NCBI GenBank assembly: GCA_003345545.1
Contig: PRDH01000044.1
Coordinates: 1-64,000 of the forward strand
DNA from: Candidatus Thorarchaeota archaeon
GTDB lineage: Archaea > Asgardarchaeota > Thorarchaeia > Thorarchaeales > Thorarchaeaceae
Direction: 5' to 3'
Length of the DNA: 64,000 bases
Below, piece by piece: positions 1 through 10,053 of the stretch. Each line of letters opens with the position of its first letter. Position 1 is the stretch's first letter. The position numbers and the translations under genes are program-made. The notes beneath the pieces are model-generated. The model was not told the DNA's origin. It did no database searches and worked only from the letters and a program-made list of their open reading frames with translations.

Positions 1-1
1 T

Positions 2-466
2 AAGGATTGGGCTCTGAGGAAGTTGAGGGCCGTATTCAGTTACCAGTGGGGCAGGCAGGTAGAGAACCTCACAGATATGTCTGGTCTGGAGGTGGCACTA
101 TCAAGAAACACCGGGAAAATCCGGCATGTAAAGGACGGTGAGGACATTCTCTTCACTATGGTTCCAGCAACCGGCCTGCTAACGCCGACGTACAGTGGGG
201 GGCAACGACTTCTTAGTGCAGGTATAGACAAAGACTACATAGTCACCATGGACAATGAAGTTGCGGAGTTCGTCGCTGATGGCAAGTCCGCGCTTGCCAG
301 GTTTGTAAAGGAGGCACATGAGAACCTCAGAGCGGGAGAAGAAGTGCTCGTCGTCGATGAAGCAGGCGGACTACTTGCTACCGGCAAAGCCCTGCTTACC
401 GGGAAGGAGATGATGCAATTCTCTCGAGGAGCTGCGGTGCTGATCAGGCATTCACTGAATCACTAG
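2..466 (+). CDS. PUA-domain RNA-binding protein (archaeosine TGT C-terminal-like); probably 5'-truncated by the window edge
   Basis: Frame is open from base 2 (KDWALRKLRAVFSYQWG). Contains SRNTGKIRHV and the PUA signature FVADGKSALARFV...LRAGEEVLVVDE...LLATGKALL. Confidence 0.8.
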   Translation, partial: KDWALRKLRAVFSYQWGRQVENLTDMSGLEVALSRNTGKIRHVKDGEDILFTMVPATGLLTPTYSGGQRLLSAGIDKDYIVTMDNEVAEFVADGKSALARFVKEAHENLRAGEEVLVVDEAGGLLATGKALLTGKEMMQFSRGAAVLIRHSLNH

Positions 467-1607
467 CTTGGCTGGTAGCCATTGGATGGCCAGGTACCTT
501 CCGTAACGCTTCAATACCGCCAACTGGGAGGACCATAACCTCCTTTGTTCCAGCATATAGACGAATTTCGTCGCCTTCCTTTATTCTAGAGCTCGGGTCC
601 AGAAGCGCTTGCGCAGAGATCTCACCCACCTTGAAATAGACTTCTATGGCACTCCCAATGTAGATGGTCCTGCTCACAGTACCATCAATCTCATTATCAG
701 ATGAGCTCGTCTTGCTAAGATGAAGATCTTCGGGACGTATCGCCGCTTTTACTGATTCGTCTGCCATAAAGGGATAGTTGAATATCGTTGTTCGTCCTGA
801 AACAATTTGCCCATTGGGGATGCGGACCTGAATAATGTCACCCACAGATTCTACCAATCCATCGATGAATGTACACTGACCTATGAAATCAGCAACAAAG
901 ACAGTCTGTGGATTAGCATAGATTTCTTTCGGCGTATCAAACTGCTGGACATATCCCTTGTCCATCACTGCAACCATATCAGAGATGCTCAAGGCTTCAT
1001 GCTGGTCGTGTGTGACGTAGACGGTTGTGATAGAGAGCTCTTTCTGGATTCGTATTATCTCTTCACGCATGTCAATTCTGAGCTTTGCATCCAGGTTGGA
1101 CAGTGGCTCGTCAAGCAGGAGTACATCAGGTTCAATGACCAAGGCTCGCGCCAGAGCTACACGTTGTTGTTGACCACCGGAAAGTTGGTGGATGTGTCTC
1201 TGTCCAAGTTCTCCCATGTGCACAAGATCCAGGGCAGCCTGAACACGTCTATCAATTGCAGCCTTTGTGTACTTCATACCATTGACGCGTTTGAGTTTAA
1301 GACCATACGCTACATTGTCTGACACAGACATGTGAGGCCAGAGTGCATAGTTTTGAAAACACATTCCCGTGTTCCTCTTATGTGGCGGCACCCCAGTTAC
1401 ATCTTTATCATCAAAGTAGATTCTGCCATGATCTGGAGCATAGAACCCAGCGATCAGTCGCAGAAGTGTTGTTTTTCCGCAACCTGAAGGACCCAGGAGT
1501 GTGGAGAGCTCTCCCTCTCTCAGGACCATGTTGACCTCATCAGTTGCTAGCACCTCACCGAAGGTTTTTCGCAGGTTCTCCAGTGTAATCTCGACCAATC
1601 CAATCAC
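444..1607 (-). CDS. ABC transporter ATP-binding subunit, Fe3+/polyamine/thiamine (FbpC/PotA) family
   Basis: Walker A GPSGCGKT, signature LSGGQQQRVALARAL, Walker B LLLDEP, H-loop VTHD, C-terminal TOBE-like region. Confidence 0.93.
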   Translation of the reverse strand: MIGLVEITLENLRKTFGEVLATDEVNMVLREGELSTLLGPSGCGKTTLLRLIAGFYAPDHGRIYFDDKDVTGVPPHKRNTGMCFQNYALWPHMSVSDNVAYGLKLKRVNGMKYTKAAIDRRVQAALDLVHMGELGQRHIHQLSGGQQQRVALARALVIEPDVLLLDEPLSNLDAKLRIDMREEIIRIQKELSITTVYVTHDQHEALSISDMVAVMDKGYVQQFDTPKEIYANPQTVFVADFIGQCTFIDGLVESVGDIIQVRIPNGQIVSGRTTIFNYPFMADESVKAAIRPEDLHLSKTSSSDNEIDGTVSRTIYIGSAIEVYFKVGEISAQALLDPSSRIKEGDEIRLYAGTKEVMVLPVGGIEALRKVPGHPMATSQASDSVNA

Positions 1608-1608
1608 C

Positions 1609-3705
1609 TCAAATTCCAGTCATTGCAGAAGACCTAGTACCAAGGATTTTATTCGTGACAGTGATCACTGTCATTTGCAGCCCCATCATGAGAACACCAA
1701 GGCAGGCAGCATGATTCGGACCGCCGTATATGCCGGTTCCGTTAAGCACCTCATACGTCCAATAAGTCATGGGAGCCTCTTGATGCCCAACGCTTCCCAG
1801 TAAGAGACTGGTGCTCACTTCACTCACAGAGTACACGTACGAGAGTAACGAGCCCGCGAGTACACTCACCCCAATCAGTGGAAGTGTGATCCTGAAAAAT
1901 GTCCTGTTCCTGCTCGCTCCCACATTTTGGGAGGCCTCCTCCAAAACGACTGGAGTGGACATCAGGCCGGCATATGCGGCCCTCACTGTGAATGGAAACT
2001 TGCGTACCGTATAGGACATTATTATCAGAAATGCGGGATGGTTGAGGGGGAATACGGGAGTATTATAGAATAGTGTGAAGAATCCAGTAGCAATCACAAT
2101 ACCAGGAAGTGCAATTGGAGCTGTCACCAGCAGGTCCAGAGCAGTCTTGCCTGGAATATCCCTTCTAGCAATGATATATGCGGCACTCGCACCGAGCAAA
2201 ACGATGATCACCGTTGCTATCGCGCCATAGAGGAGTGTGAGTTGTATGGACCTCGTAACATCAGGAAAGGCCCACAACACATCATAGTTGCTAAGAGTCC
2301 AACTATCAGGGAGGAGACTGCCTGAAGACCATATTCCTGCAAGTGATAGTATGATGACACTGATTTGTGGTATCAATGCGAAGAAGAGTAGGGGTATTAA
2401 AATCGCATAGAGCAAAAGTGCCGTTTTGTTGCTAAGTCTTCGAGTCCTCGGATTCCATTGTCCCCCCTTTGTGCCTGATGCATAGGACCGCAGAGACGAG
2501 TATTTCCTGATTGCTAGAAAACCAATCAAGCTGATTACGAGTAGAAGCATTCCTATTGCAGGACCCTTTGGGTCTATGGCACCTGCTTGGGTGGCAACAT
2601 TTGTAAAGACTTGAAAAGCCAAGGTCTTGGTCGCAGATTGATGGTCCTGGAAGACAATTGGAGTTCCAAGGTCTTCAATACTCAGTATGAAGGTGAGGAT
2701 TGCACCAGCTTGAACGCCAGGCATGGCGAGGGGTAGAGTGACACTCCTAAAGAGACGAGTGCCTTTTGCTCCCAAGTTTTCAGCCTGTTCTTCGAGGGAT
2801 GGATCAATACCCATGAATGATGAATAGGCATTCAGGTACACCAGAGAGAAGAACGAAAGGGACTGGACAAAGATGATTGCAGCAAGTCCCCTGAGCCAGA
2901 TTGCAGGTATCAACGGAAGTCCCGAAATGGATAGAAGCACATTGATACCCTCACGAATCGGAGCAAAGAGCGTGTTAAGGAACCCATCAGCACCAAGAAA
3001 CTCTTTGATGCCAATCGCACCAACAAAGGGAGTGGCCAGGATTGGGAAGATTAAGACAGTCCGGATGATTGATTTTCCTGGAAAATCATACCTTGCCACT
3101 ACAAATGCAAGAAATACTCCAATCAACACAGCGAAAGTCGTCACAATAATTGCCACGTAGATTGAGTTAATGATTGAACCAAAGTCCCATCCATATACAA
3201 CCAGAAGGTTGCTCACAGGGTCATAGGCTGCAGGATTCAGATTCAGAAACACATCAATTTGGCCCGTTATTGGATTAAAAACCCATGGCCACACGTTTGA
3301 GTCTTGAAAGAGATTGATGAAATGATTCAGTGTCAGTGCCCCTGTTGACTCAATAGTGAAGGAGGTCCATACAACACTGAGGAGAGGAAGAATGAGGAAG
3401 ACTGAGAATACTGCAATGATTCCGATTAGTTGAATCCAAGTCAATGAGTCCATCTCCCGTCGAAGTCGCTTTAGTCCTGCAACTGTGCGAGGAACAGGAT
3501 TTCGAAGGAATTCAACAAATCCCCTAACAGACCTACTGGCTAAGCTCCCGAGTGATTTTCCTTTATTTACGAACCATGATACGATTCTCCTTGGAGCACC
3601 CATGAAACCTCGTACTGACGACTCCTTTAGACTAACTGGAACTAAGTCGGATTCTTGCTGGAGGACCTCTTCAGGCAATGCCTCATCTTTCTCGTCTGCT
3701 GTCAA
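1609..3705 (-). CDS. ABC transporter permease, FbpB-type fused double-domain
   Basis: Many TM segments with two EAA loops (LEEQAENLGA, LEEASQNVGA); lies between the SBP and ATPase genes. Confidence 0.92.
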   Translation of the reverse strand: MTADEKDEALPEEVLQQESDLVPVSLKESSVRGFMGAPRRIVSWFVNKGKSLGSLASRSVRGFVEFLRNPVPRTVAGLKRLRREMDSLTWIQLIGIIAVFSVFLILPLLSVVWTSFTIESTGALTLNHFINLFQDSNVWPWVFNPITGQIDVFLNLNPAAYDPVSNLLVVYGWDFGSIINSIYVAIIVTTFAVLIGVFLAFVVARYDFPGKSIIRTVLIFPILATPFVGAIGIKEFLGADGFLNTLFAPIREGINVLLSISGLPLIPAIWLRGLAAIIFVQSLSFFSLVYLNAYSSFMGIDPSLEEQAENLGAKGTRLFRSVTLPLAMPGVQAGAILTFILSIEDLGTPIVFQDHQSATKTLAFQVFTNVATQAGAIDPKGPAIGMLLLVISLIGFLAIRKYSSLRSYASGTKGGQWNPRTRRLSNKTALLLYAILIPLLFFALIPQISVIILSLAGIWSSGSLLPDSWTLSNYDVLWAFPDVTRSIQLTLLYGAIATVIIVLLGASAAYIIARRDIPGKTALDLLVTAPIALPGIVIATGFFTLFYNTPVFPLNHPAFLIIMSYTVRKFPFTVRAAYAGLMSTPVVLEEASQNVGASRNRTFFRITLPLIGVSVLAGSLLSYVYSVSEVSTSLLLGSVGHQEAPMTYWTYEVLNGTGIYGGPNHAACLGVLMMGLQMTVITVTNKILGTRSSAMTGI

Positions 3706-3739
3706 AGCGATAATCCCACATTCTTCGGATAGATTGATT

Positions 3740-5194
3740 CTATGTCAGTGCGTGGACCGTGTTATAAACTGAGATGTACTGGGATTTGGCTGCATTAGTC
3801 CACCTGATTCTCATCTGGGAACTATATGTAGTATCAGATGCCATATCATGGTTTATCAGTAGAGCATAATTGAGTGTGAATTTCTCTAAGATAGATGTTC
3901 CATAGTCTATGGCAGAAACCGGTCTCCCCATAAGACTAGCATAGTAGTCTAGCTGGGTCTGGTTGATGATGGCGCCATAGTACTTTGTCAGTATCTCAGT
4001 CCAGCATTGTACAAGTTCAGTCTGTGCATCTGTAAAAACAGATTGCCAGTAGAGAATGAATGCAGTGTTGGTGAGAAGCGAGAGTGTGTCATTAAAGTCG
4101 ATTCCAACCGTGGCCTTAGTCTTGTTGAACGAAGCGTATAGAGCAGTACTGTTTATTGCCTCAGGCTCCCAGAATGCTTCCTCTAGAACCGGCATTCTCA
4201 GGATGGCATTATTGAGCCATAATACTTGACCTCGAGCAGAGAGAACCCAATCAACGAAAGCCTCAGCGGCCTCCTTGTGTGGAGCTTTGGCAGCGACGGC
4301 AATCGGGTCACCATTAACAATTGTTTGATCAGCAGGTAGGATGTATTCATTATTGGGATTTAGTTTCTCATTCTGGAAACCGTAAAAGTCAATGGTCATG
4401 CCAACGCCGACTTCTCCACCTCGGACAGCAAGCTGTACATCGGCTGAACCGCCGTAGATGTTCGAACTGCCTGCGATTCTTGCCATGTTAATCCAGCCCT
4501 CATCCCAACCGAAGTATTGCGTCATAATCTCGTAGATTCGAGTGTTGGATGTAGTGTCAGGTGCATTACCTATACCTATTGTAGGAGTGGTTGGTAAGAG
4601 ACTTCCCCAGATTGGGCCTGCAAGATCAGTCCAGTTTGTGGGTGTGGGAAGACCATGGGTATCTAAGAAGTTATGATCTACCGTGAAACCAAATGATGAA
4701 ATCGCAGCTGCAATCCACATCAGTTGGCCTTCAGAATTGTTTCTCTTCATATCTGCTCCAGCAATCTCAGCCGGAACTCTAGCAGCTGCCCCCTGCATCA
4801 CAGTACTATTCAGTGGAGCAAGACGTCCATCAACCATCAGTTGGTCAAAGATCGTGGGACCTCCGCCCCAACAGACATCGATTTGACCTAGGTCTATTAG
4901 GGTATCCCAAAAAGATGAATCGGGAGTTTTCCAATCAATATCTGTTATCTGATGCTCGATAGCATAATCGGTGGCTAAGAAGGCAGGCTCATACACATTA
5001 TGAATGGCAACATCATGCCTTGTGAGGATTGTTAGAGTAATAGGTCCAGACGTCGTTGTAGTCGTTGTAGTCGTTCCGGGATTTAGAAAGCCTCCCAGAA
5101 ATATAAAGGATGTAGCAGCAACGCCGATTACTAGGATAACAGCCACAGCTAGTACTGATGTTCTTACATTTCTTGATGCTTCAAATTCACTCAT
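3740..5194 (-). CDS. ABC transporter substrate-binding protein (Fe3+/thiamine-like class), N-terminally membrane anchored
   Basis: N-terminal TM plus poly-Thr linker; motifs LTILTRHD, DVCWGGG, PTNWTDLA, GDPIAV, AAEAFVDWVLS. Confidence 0.88.
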   Translation of the reverse strand: MSEFEASRNVRTSVLAVAVILVIGVAATSFIFLGGFLNPGTTTTTTTTSGPITLTILTRHDVAIHNVYEPAFLATDYAIEHQITDIDWKTPDSSFWDTLIDLGQIDVCWGGGPTIFDQLMVDGRLAPLNSTVMQGAAARVPAEIAGADMKRNNSEGQLMWIAAAISSFGFTVDHNFLDTHGLPTPTNWTDLAGPIWGSLLPTTPTIGIGNAPDTTSNTRIYEIMTQYFGWDEGWINMARIAGSSNIYGGSADVQLAVRGGEVGVGMTIDFYGFQNEKLNPNNEYILPADQTIVNGDPIAVAAKAPHKEAAEAFVDWVLSARGQVLWLNNAILRMPVLEEAFWEPEAINSTALYASFNKTKATVGIDFNDTLSLLTNTAFILYWQSVFTDAQTELVQCWTEILTKYYGAIINQTQLDYYASLMGRPVSAIDYGTSILEKFTLNYALLINHDMASDTTYSSQMRIRWTNAAKSQYISVYNTVHALT

Positions 5195-5373
5195 TGACTT
5201 GGCTCCTAATTGATAATGGAAGCATACCCGTTATTATATTTCACTCTCATGGGATATGGTCCGGAGGGGGTAAGGAGAACCTCTAATAAAACTACCGTCC
5301 GAATTATTCATAAGGAGCTTTTCACAGGTCCCAATCGAAGTGCAATGCACGTCATGGAATAGGAGACGAACTT

Positions 5374-7347
5374 ATGAATAACAGAGATATGAAAAAGGTC
5401 ACAATCGCCTCTACAATTGGGATTTTGATGGCCTCTGTGCTCGTCTGCTCCATCCCAACAATCGTTGTTGCCTCAACTCCATCTGCAGAAGCAGGACCAA
5501 TGGGCAAGATTCTTATTGACTACTCCCATGGGCAATACAAGGCTTCCTGCGCATACCTTGACCAGTATTTGGCAAGTAACCTTACTATGATGGGATTTGA
5601 GGTTGTATTCCTCTGGGGAGGAATCAACTCAACGATTCTTGCGGACGCGGACGCTCTAATACTAAGCAAGATCTGGGGCACTTCTAATGCCTTCTTGCCT
5701 TCAGAAGTTTCGGCCGTTGCGAGCTGGTTCAATGCTGGAAACAAGTTCCTGTGGGTCGGTGGTGAGTCTGACTACGTTGAGCCAAGCGGTGGTCAGTATA
5801 TCAATGACAACATGACCCTGATCCTTGAAGCCGTTGGTTCGCATGTCTACCTTGAGCCTACAGCAGTCCAAGACCCAGTTAGCAATGCTGGCGGAACACA
5901 CAGATCTATAGCAAATGTCACAACCAGTAATCCGAATCTCGCAGGTATTGTAGAAGGTGTGGGCACGGTATTGGTTCACAGCCCAACCCTTCTGTACGGC
6001 AGTAACAGTGCCACTCCTGGCGAGAACGTCAGTGCTGTGGCTCTTGAAACAACAAGCATCGAAGATGTCTATGTGCTGTTACAGCACAGCAAGAACGGTA
6101 CAATTGTTGATGGCGACCTTCAGGCACCCTATGCACACACAAATAGTCAACGCGGAGAGTTTGCCTCGGTAGCGATCGAAACCCACGCAGGAACTGCTGG
6201 AAAAGGAGCACTTGTCGTGTCTGGTGGTTCCCCGATTGGGCATTACTGGCCAATGACTGAAAGCAACTACTCTGGCTATGCCGGTTTGGACGGAATGAGA
6301 TTCACAAAGAATCTAGTCATGTATGGAATCCTTCATGCATCAACTACTCCCATCGGAGGCAAGATCCTTGTTGACTACTCACATGGGCAATACAAGGCCT
6401 CTTGCTACAGCGTGGATAAGCGTCTATACACCTCACTATTCTTTATGGGTTATGAGGTTATACAGCTCTGGGGTGGATTGAACTCGACAATTCTCTCAGA
6501 TGCAGTCGGCCTAATCCTCTCCAAGATCTGGGGCACTTCTAATGCCTTCTTGCCTTCAGAAGTTTCGGCCGTTGCGAGCTGGTTCAATGCTGGAAACAAG
6601 TTCCTGTGGGTCGGTGGTGAGTCTGACTACGTTGAGCCAAGCGGTGGTCAGTATATCAATGACAACATGACCCTGATCCTTGAAGCCGTTGGTTCGCATG
6701 TCTACCTTGAGCCTACAGCAGTCCAAGACCCAGTTAGCAATGCTGGCGGAACACACAGACCCATAGCAAATGTTACTGGTACTGATCCATATGTGGCATC
6801 CATCCTGAATGGAGTTCATAATGTGCTAGTTCACAGCCCAACCCTTCTGTACGGCAGTAACAGTGCCACTCCTGGCGAGAACGTCAGTGCCGTTGCCCTT
6901 GAAACAACAAGCATCGAAGATGTCTATGTACTACTGCGGCACAGCAAGAATGGTACAATTGTTGATGGCGACCTTCAGGCACCCTATGCACACACGAATA
7001 GTCAACGCGGAGAATTCGTTTCAGTAGCAATGGAAGTGAATGCAGGAAGTGCAAACACTAGTGTGCTCGTCGTGTCAGGTGGTTCCCCAATTGGTCACTA
7101 CTGGCCAATGATTGAAGATATGTACGGCGGCGTAATCGGCTTGAGCGGCCATTATCTGCTCAGACAGGCAATTGACTTCGGAGTCAATCTAGCTACACCT
7201 GAGCCAGTGACAACAACAACAATCACAACAACGACTACTACAACTACTGGCGTAACGTTGCCCATAGATCCAATGCTTTTGGCAGCGATTGGTGTTGGCG
7301 CGCTCGTCGTCATCATCATTATCATTGTCGTTGTACGTAAGCGTTAG
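5374..7347 (+). CDS. Secreted, C-terminally anchored protein made of two tandem GldG/GIFT/DUF4350-like domains
   Basis: Signal peptide; two 285-aa repeats starting KIL(I/V)DYSHGQY; Thr-rich linker, TM helix and RKR tail. Confidence 0.75.
   Translation: MNNRDMKKVTIASTIGILMASVLVCSIPTIVVASTPSAEAGPMGKILIDYSHGQYKASCAYLDQYLASNLTMMGFEVVFLWGGINSTILADADALILSKIWGTSNAFLPSEVSAVASWFNAGNKFLWVGGESDYVEPSGGQYINDNMTLILEAVGSHVYLEPTAVQDPVSNAGGTHRSIANVTTSNPNLAGIVEGVGTVLVHSPTLLYGSNSATPGENVSAVALETTSIEDVYVLLQHSKNGTIVDGDLQAPYAHTNSQRGEFASVAIETHAGTAGKGALVVSGGSPIGHYWPMTESNYSGYAGLDGMRFTKNLVMYGILHASTTPIGGKILVDYSHGQYKASCYSVDKRLYTSLFFMGYEVIQLWGGLNSTILSDAVGLILSKIWGTSNAFLPSEVSAVASWFNAGNKFLWVGGESDYVEPSGGQYINDNMTLILEAVGSHVYLEPTAVQDPVSNAGGTHRPIANVTGTDPYVASILNGVHNVLVHSPTLLYGSNSATPGENVSAVALETTSIEDVYVLLRHSKNGTIVDGDLQAPYAHTNSQRGEFVSVAMEVNAGSANTSVLVVSGGSPIGHYWPMIEDMYGGVIGLSGHYLLRQAIDFGVNLATPEPVTTTTITTTTTTTTGVTLPIDPMLLAAIGVGALVVIIIIIVVVRKR
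5667..7013 (+). repeat. Intragenic direct repeat with 855-bp period
   Basis: 5667-5904 is identical to 6522-6759 (238 bp); 5974-6158 is near-identical to 6829-7013. The intervening segments are diverged. Confidence 0.92.
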
Positions 7348-7358
7348 AGAATATAATT

Positions 7359-7401
7359 AGTAGTCTGAGATGTTCTCAGGCTACTTCCCCTTTCTTTTTT
7401 T
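7359..7401 (+). terminator. Stem-loop plus U-tract terminator
   Basis: agtagtctgaga-tgt-tctcaggctact (12 bp, one G-U) followed by tcccctttcttttttt, just after the stop at 7347. Confidence 0.7.
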
Positions 7402-7527
7402 GAAGTCTACAAGAGCCAGTTGAGAAGCAGCTTTCTCTGCTCTTTGAAACAAAGAGCCACTAGTAGATAGAGGAAGTTATTTATCCGCAAAAGGGTAACT
7501 CAAAGCCTTGCCTCGGAGGACAATGAG

Positions 7528-9978
7528 TTGCATTACCCGCGAAGAACATATCTTTTTGTTGGAATAGTGATTCTCACACTGTCTGTCTGTTTTGTACCGT
7601 TCGTACCTTCAGACCAAGCCAGTATGGCTATGGATGAGGTGTTCAAGACCTCAGACTTTGTGAGCAAGAACATACTCTTTGACGAGTCACATGCAGCCAA
7701 TGGAAGCGCTATTTGGGCACCAGGTAATGCCTCAATGTTCAGCTGGCTGCTAGGGGAGAATGGATATAACTCGAGTACCAACTTTGATCAAGCCCTAGAC
7801 TCGGGGATTCTTAGTGAGTACGATATACTTGTAATCTTCTTCGCACAAATTGCATTTACGACAGGCGAGATCTCTGCGATAACTTCATTCGTTAATAATG
7901 GCGGAGGCCTGCTCCTTGTGGGAGTGAGCCATGGTAGCACATGGGGTTTCACAACGTCCCATATGAATCCCCTATCTGTTGTATTTGGGATTACCTTTGT
8001 TCAGGACATGGTTGATGCCACTGTAACAACCTTTGTGGAGCATAATGTGACCTATGGAGTGACTTCCTATTGGACTAATGTTGACCAGATGTATGGCTGC
8101 AGCCTAGCAGTCACAGGTGCGGCTCAATCAGTGATTACTCATGACGACAAGAACCTGACAGCTGTTGCAGAATATGGCCTTGGCAGAGTAATCTGTGCGA
8201 GCTCAGCGGGACCATTCATATTCTACAGATACGAATCGCTCGGTCATGGTGATTCCCATATGCAGTATTCCCTGAATACGATAGACTGGCTTGCTGGAAA
8301 TCCCAGGCGCAATGTTGTTGTTCCTGAGATAGCAAGGATTACTGTAGGTCCAGGTCCAAACCTAAGTCCTGCAGAACTGGAACAGTATGACTTGTTTGTC
8401 GGGCAGTATCATGATCACACCACGTATAGTGATGGAGCCAACACTCCTGAAGAGATGCTTGACTCAGGGCTTGCACGTGCCATGGACTTCATGGTAATGA
8501 CAGATCATTCTCATACGAGTCCAAATCCAATAGAAGGTGTGACGAGCGGGCATTATATGCGGGCAATTGCCAACGAATACGACCTGGACATCCACATTAC
8601 TGTTGGAGCCGAACTCTCATCAATCATGCACACAACAGGGTTCCCATTGACTGAAAACATTTGGACCACTGACCAGCAGACAGGTATTGATCAAATTCAT
8701 GCTCAGGGAGGAATAGCTACTTTCTGCCACCCAGGAATGTCCCCAAACTATGCGACAGGCGTCGAGAACTTTGAGAGCTTCGGTTTTGATGCAATTGAGG
8801 TTGTAAATAGCAACTTCTTTCGAGGAGAGGGGGAACTAGGATTCCTTTGCAACTTCATGGGCGGAAATGATCACCATGGTGCATCATTTGTAGGAAGTAC
8901 AGCAACTGCAGTCTTCGTATTGAATCCGTCAGGACCCGATGGGGCAATATCAGACAGTGACATTGTGGACGCAGTCCTCAATAGGCGAATAGTCATTCTC
9001 GACACGCTAAGCAGCATGGTGTATGGTGAGGAGATCTGGGTAGACAGATACCTCGAAATCCTAGATGAGGCAAAGGCAAGCGTTGCAGCAGCCCATTCAA
9101 CAATTCAGTCTTTGAAGGATTCAGGTAACGACGTAGGACTCTCGGAGCGCTTCACGGATGAGGCAGATATTGCTCTCTCTCATTGGAATCCTGGACGAGC
9201 TCTGAATCTTGCAGCCAATGCGACATCTGCAAGTGCCATCGGTCTAAATATCGACATAACAGCTCCGTCAAGTTTGGGTGTTGACACTGACTTCGATCTC
9301 ACTGTCGGATTTGCCAATAACCACACATATGCTGTCACGTTCAATGCATCCTTCTACGTCAGCACCTCAGTGTCCTTTGGTTATCAGAACTACATCGTGG
9401 ATGCACCTGCAAGAAGCACGAAGAATATGCTTCTTCACGGACACTCTGATCCATTTGGGGTGGCAATCTATTATCTCTACATTCATGACTTCAATACATC
9501 TGAGTACCTGATGCCTATTGTGTTCCGAGCGAGGAATGTGATAGACAACGTATCATTCACTATTCGTGAGAATGGAGAACAATATGAAATAGATTTCAGC
9601 TTCTATGCAGGTAGGGAGTCAACTAGGCTTATCTATTCGGTAATTCTCTTCTACGATGATGGTTCTGGAGAAACAAGTGTGGCGATGAGCAAAGCATGGA
9701 ACACCTATGACGTTTCATTGACATCCTATGAACCTGGAACCATTATTACTTTCCATGTGAGGGTGATAACAACATATGGCGATACCTTCTACTTGAGTGA
9801 GCAAGTCTTGACCCTGCCGGGCGGTGAAACGACGACCACTACAACTACAACAATTACAACTAGTACAACTGGAATGTTGCAGCCTCTCGATCCAATGGTA
9901 CTCCTCGCAATTGGAGGAGTCGGAGCAGCACTCATATTGATTGTTGTTCTCGTAGTGATGAAGCGGCGTAGTTCATAA
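7528..9978 (+). CDS. Surface-anchored GldG/DUF4350-like domain fused to a PHP-family metallophosphoesterase
   Basis: ILFDESH...FVNNGGGLLLVG domain; PHP motifs HDHT..SDG, TDH, GAE, CHP, DAIE, GNDHH; Thr linker, TM and KRR tail. Confidence 0.8.
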   Translation: MHYPRRTYLFVGIVILTLSVCFVPFVPSDQASMAMDEVFKTSDFVSKNILFDESHAANGSAIWAPGNASMFSWLLGENGYNSSTNFDQALDSGILSEYDILVIFFAQIAFTTGEISAITSFVNNGGGLLLVGVSHGSTWGFTTSHMNPLSVVFGITFVQDMVDATVTTFVEHNVTYGVTSYWTNVDQMYGCSLAVTGAAQSVITHDDKNLTAVAEYGLGRVICASSAGPFIFYRYESLGHGDSHMQYSLNTIDWLAGNPRRNVVVPEIARITVGPGPNLSPAELEQYDLFVGQYHDHTTYSDGANTPEEMLDSGLARAMDFMVMTDHSHTSPNPIEGVTSGHYMRAIANEYDLDIHITVGAELSSIMHTTGFPLTENIWTTDQQTGIDQIHAQGGIATFCHPGMSPNYATGVENFESFGFDAIEVVNSNFFRGEGELGFLCNFMGGNDHHGASFVGSTATAVFVLNPSGPDGAISDSDIVDAVLNRRIVILDTLSSMVYGEEIWVDRYLEILDEAKASVAAAHSTIQSLKDSGNDVGLSERFTDEADIALSHWNPGRALNLAANATSASAIGLNIDITAPSSLGVDTDFDLTVGFANNHTYAVTFNASFYVSTSVSFGYQNYIVDAPARSTKNMLLHGHSDPFGVAIYYLYIHDFNTSEYLMPIVFRARNVIDNVSFTIRENGEQYEIDFSFYAGRESTRLIYSVILFYDDGSGETSVAMSKAWNTYDVSLTSYEPGTIITFHVRVITTYGDTFYLSEQVLTLPGGETTTTTTTTITTSTTGMLQPLDPMVLLAIGGVGAALILIVVLVVMKRRSS

Positions 9979-10053
9979 GGCACCTAATGTGGTCGGCAGG
10001 CACGAGCCTGCCAATCGCACCACTTAATACTGCCTAAGATACAAGATTCGGTC

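Noticed and set aside
5667-6759. Template/variable repeat pair of a diversity-generating retroelement
   Set aside because: Both copies are in frame within one gene, the differences are not adenine-specific, and there is no reverse transcriptase in the window.
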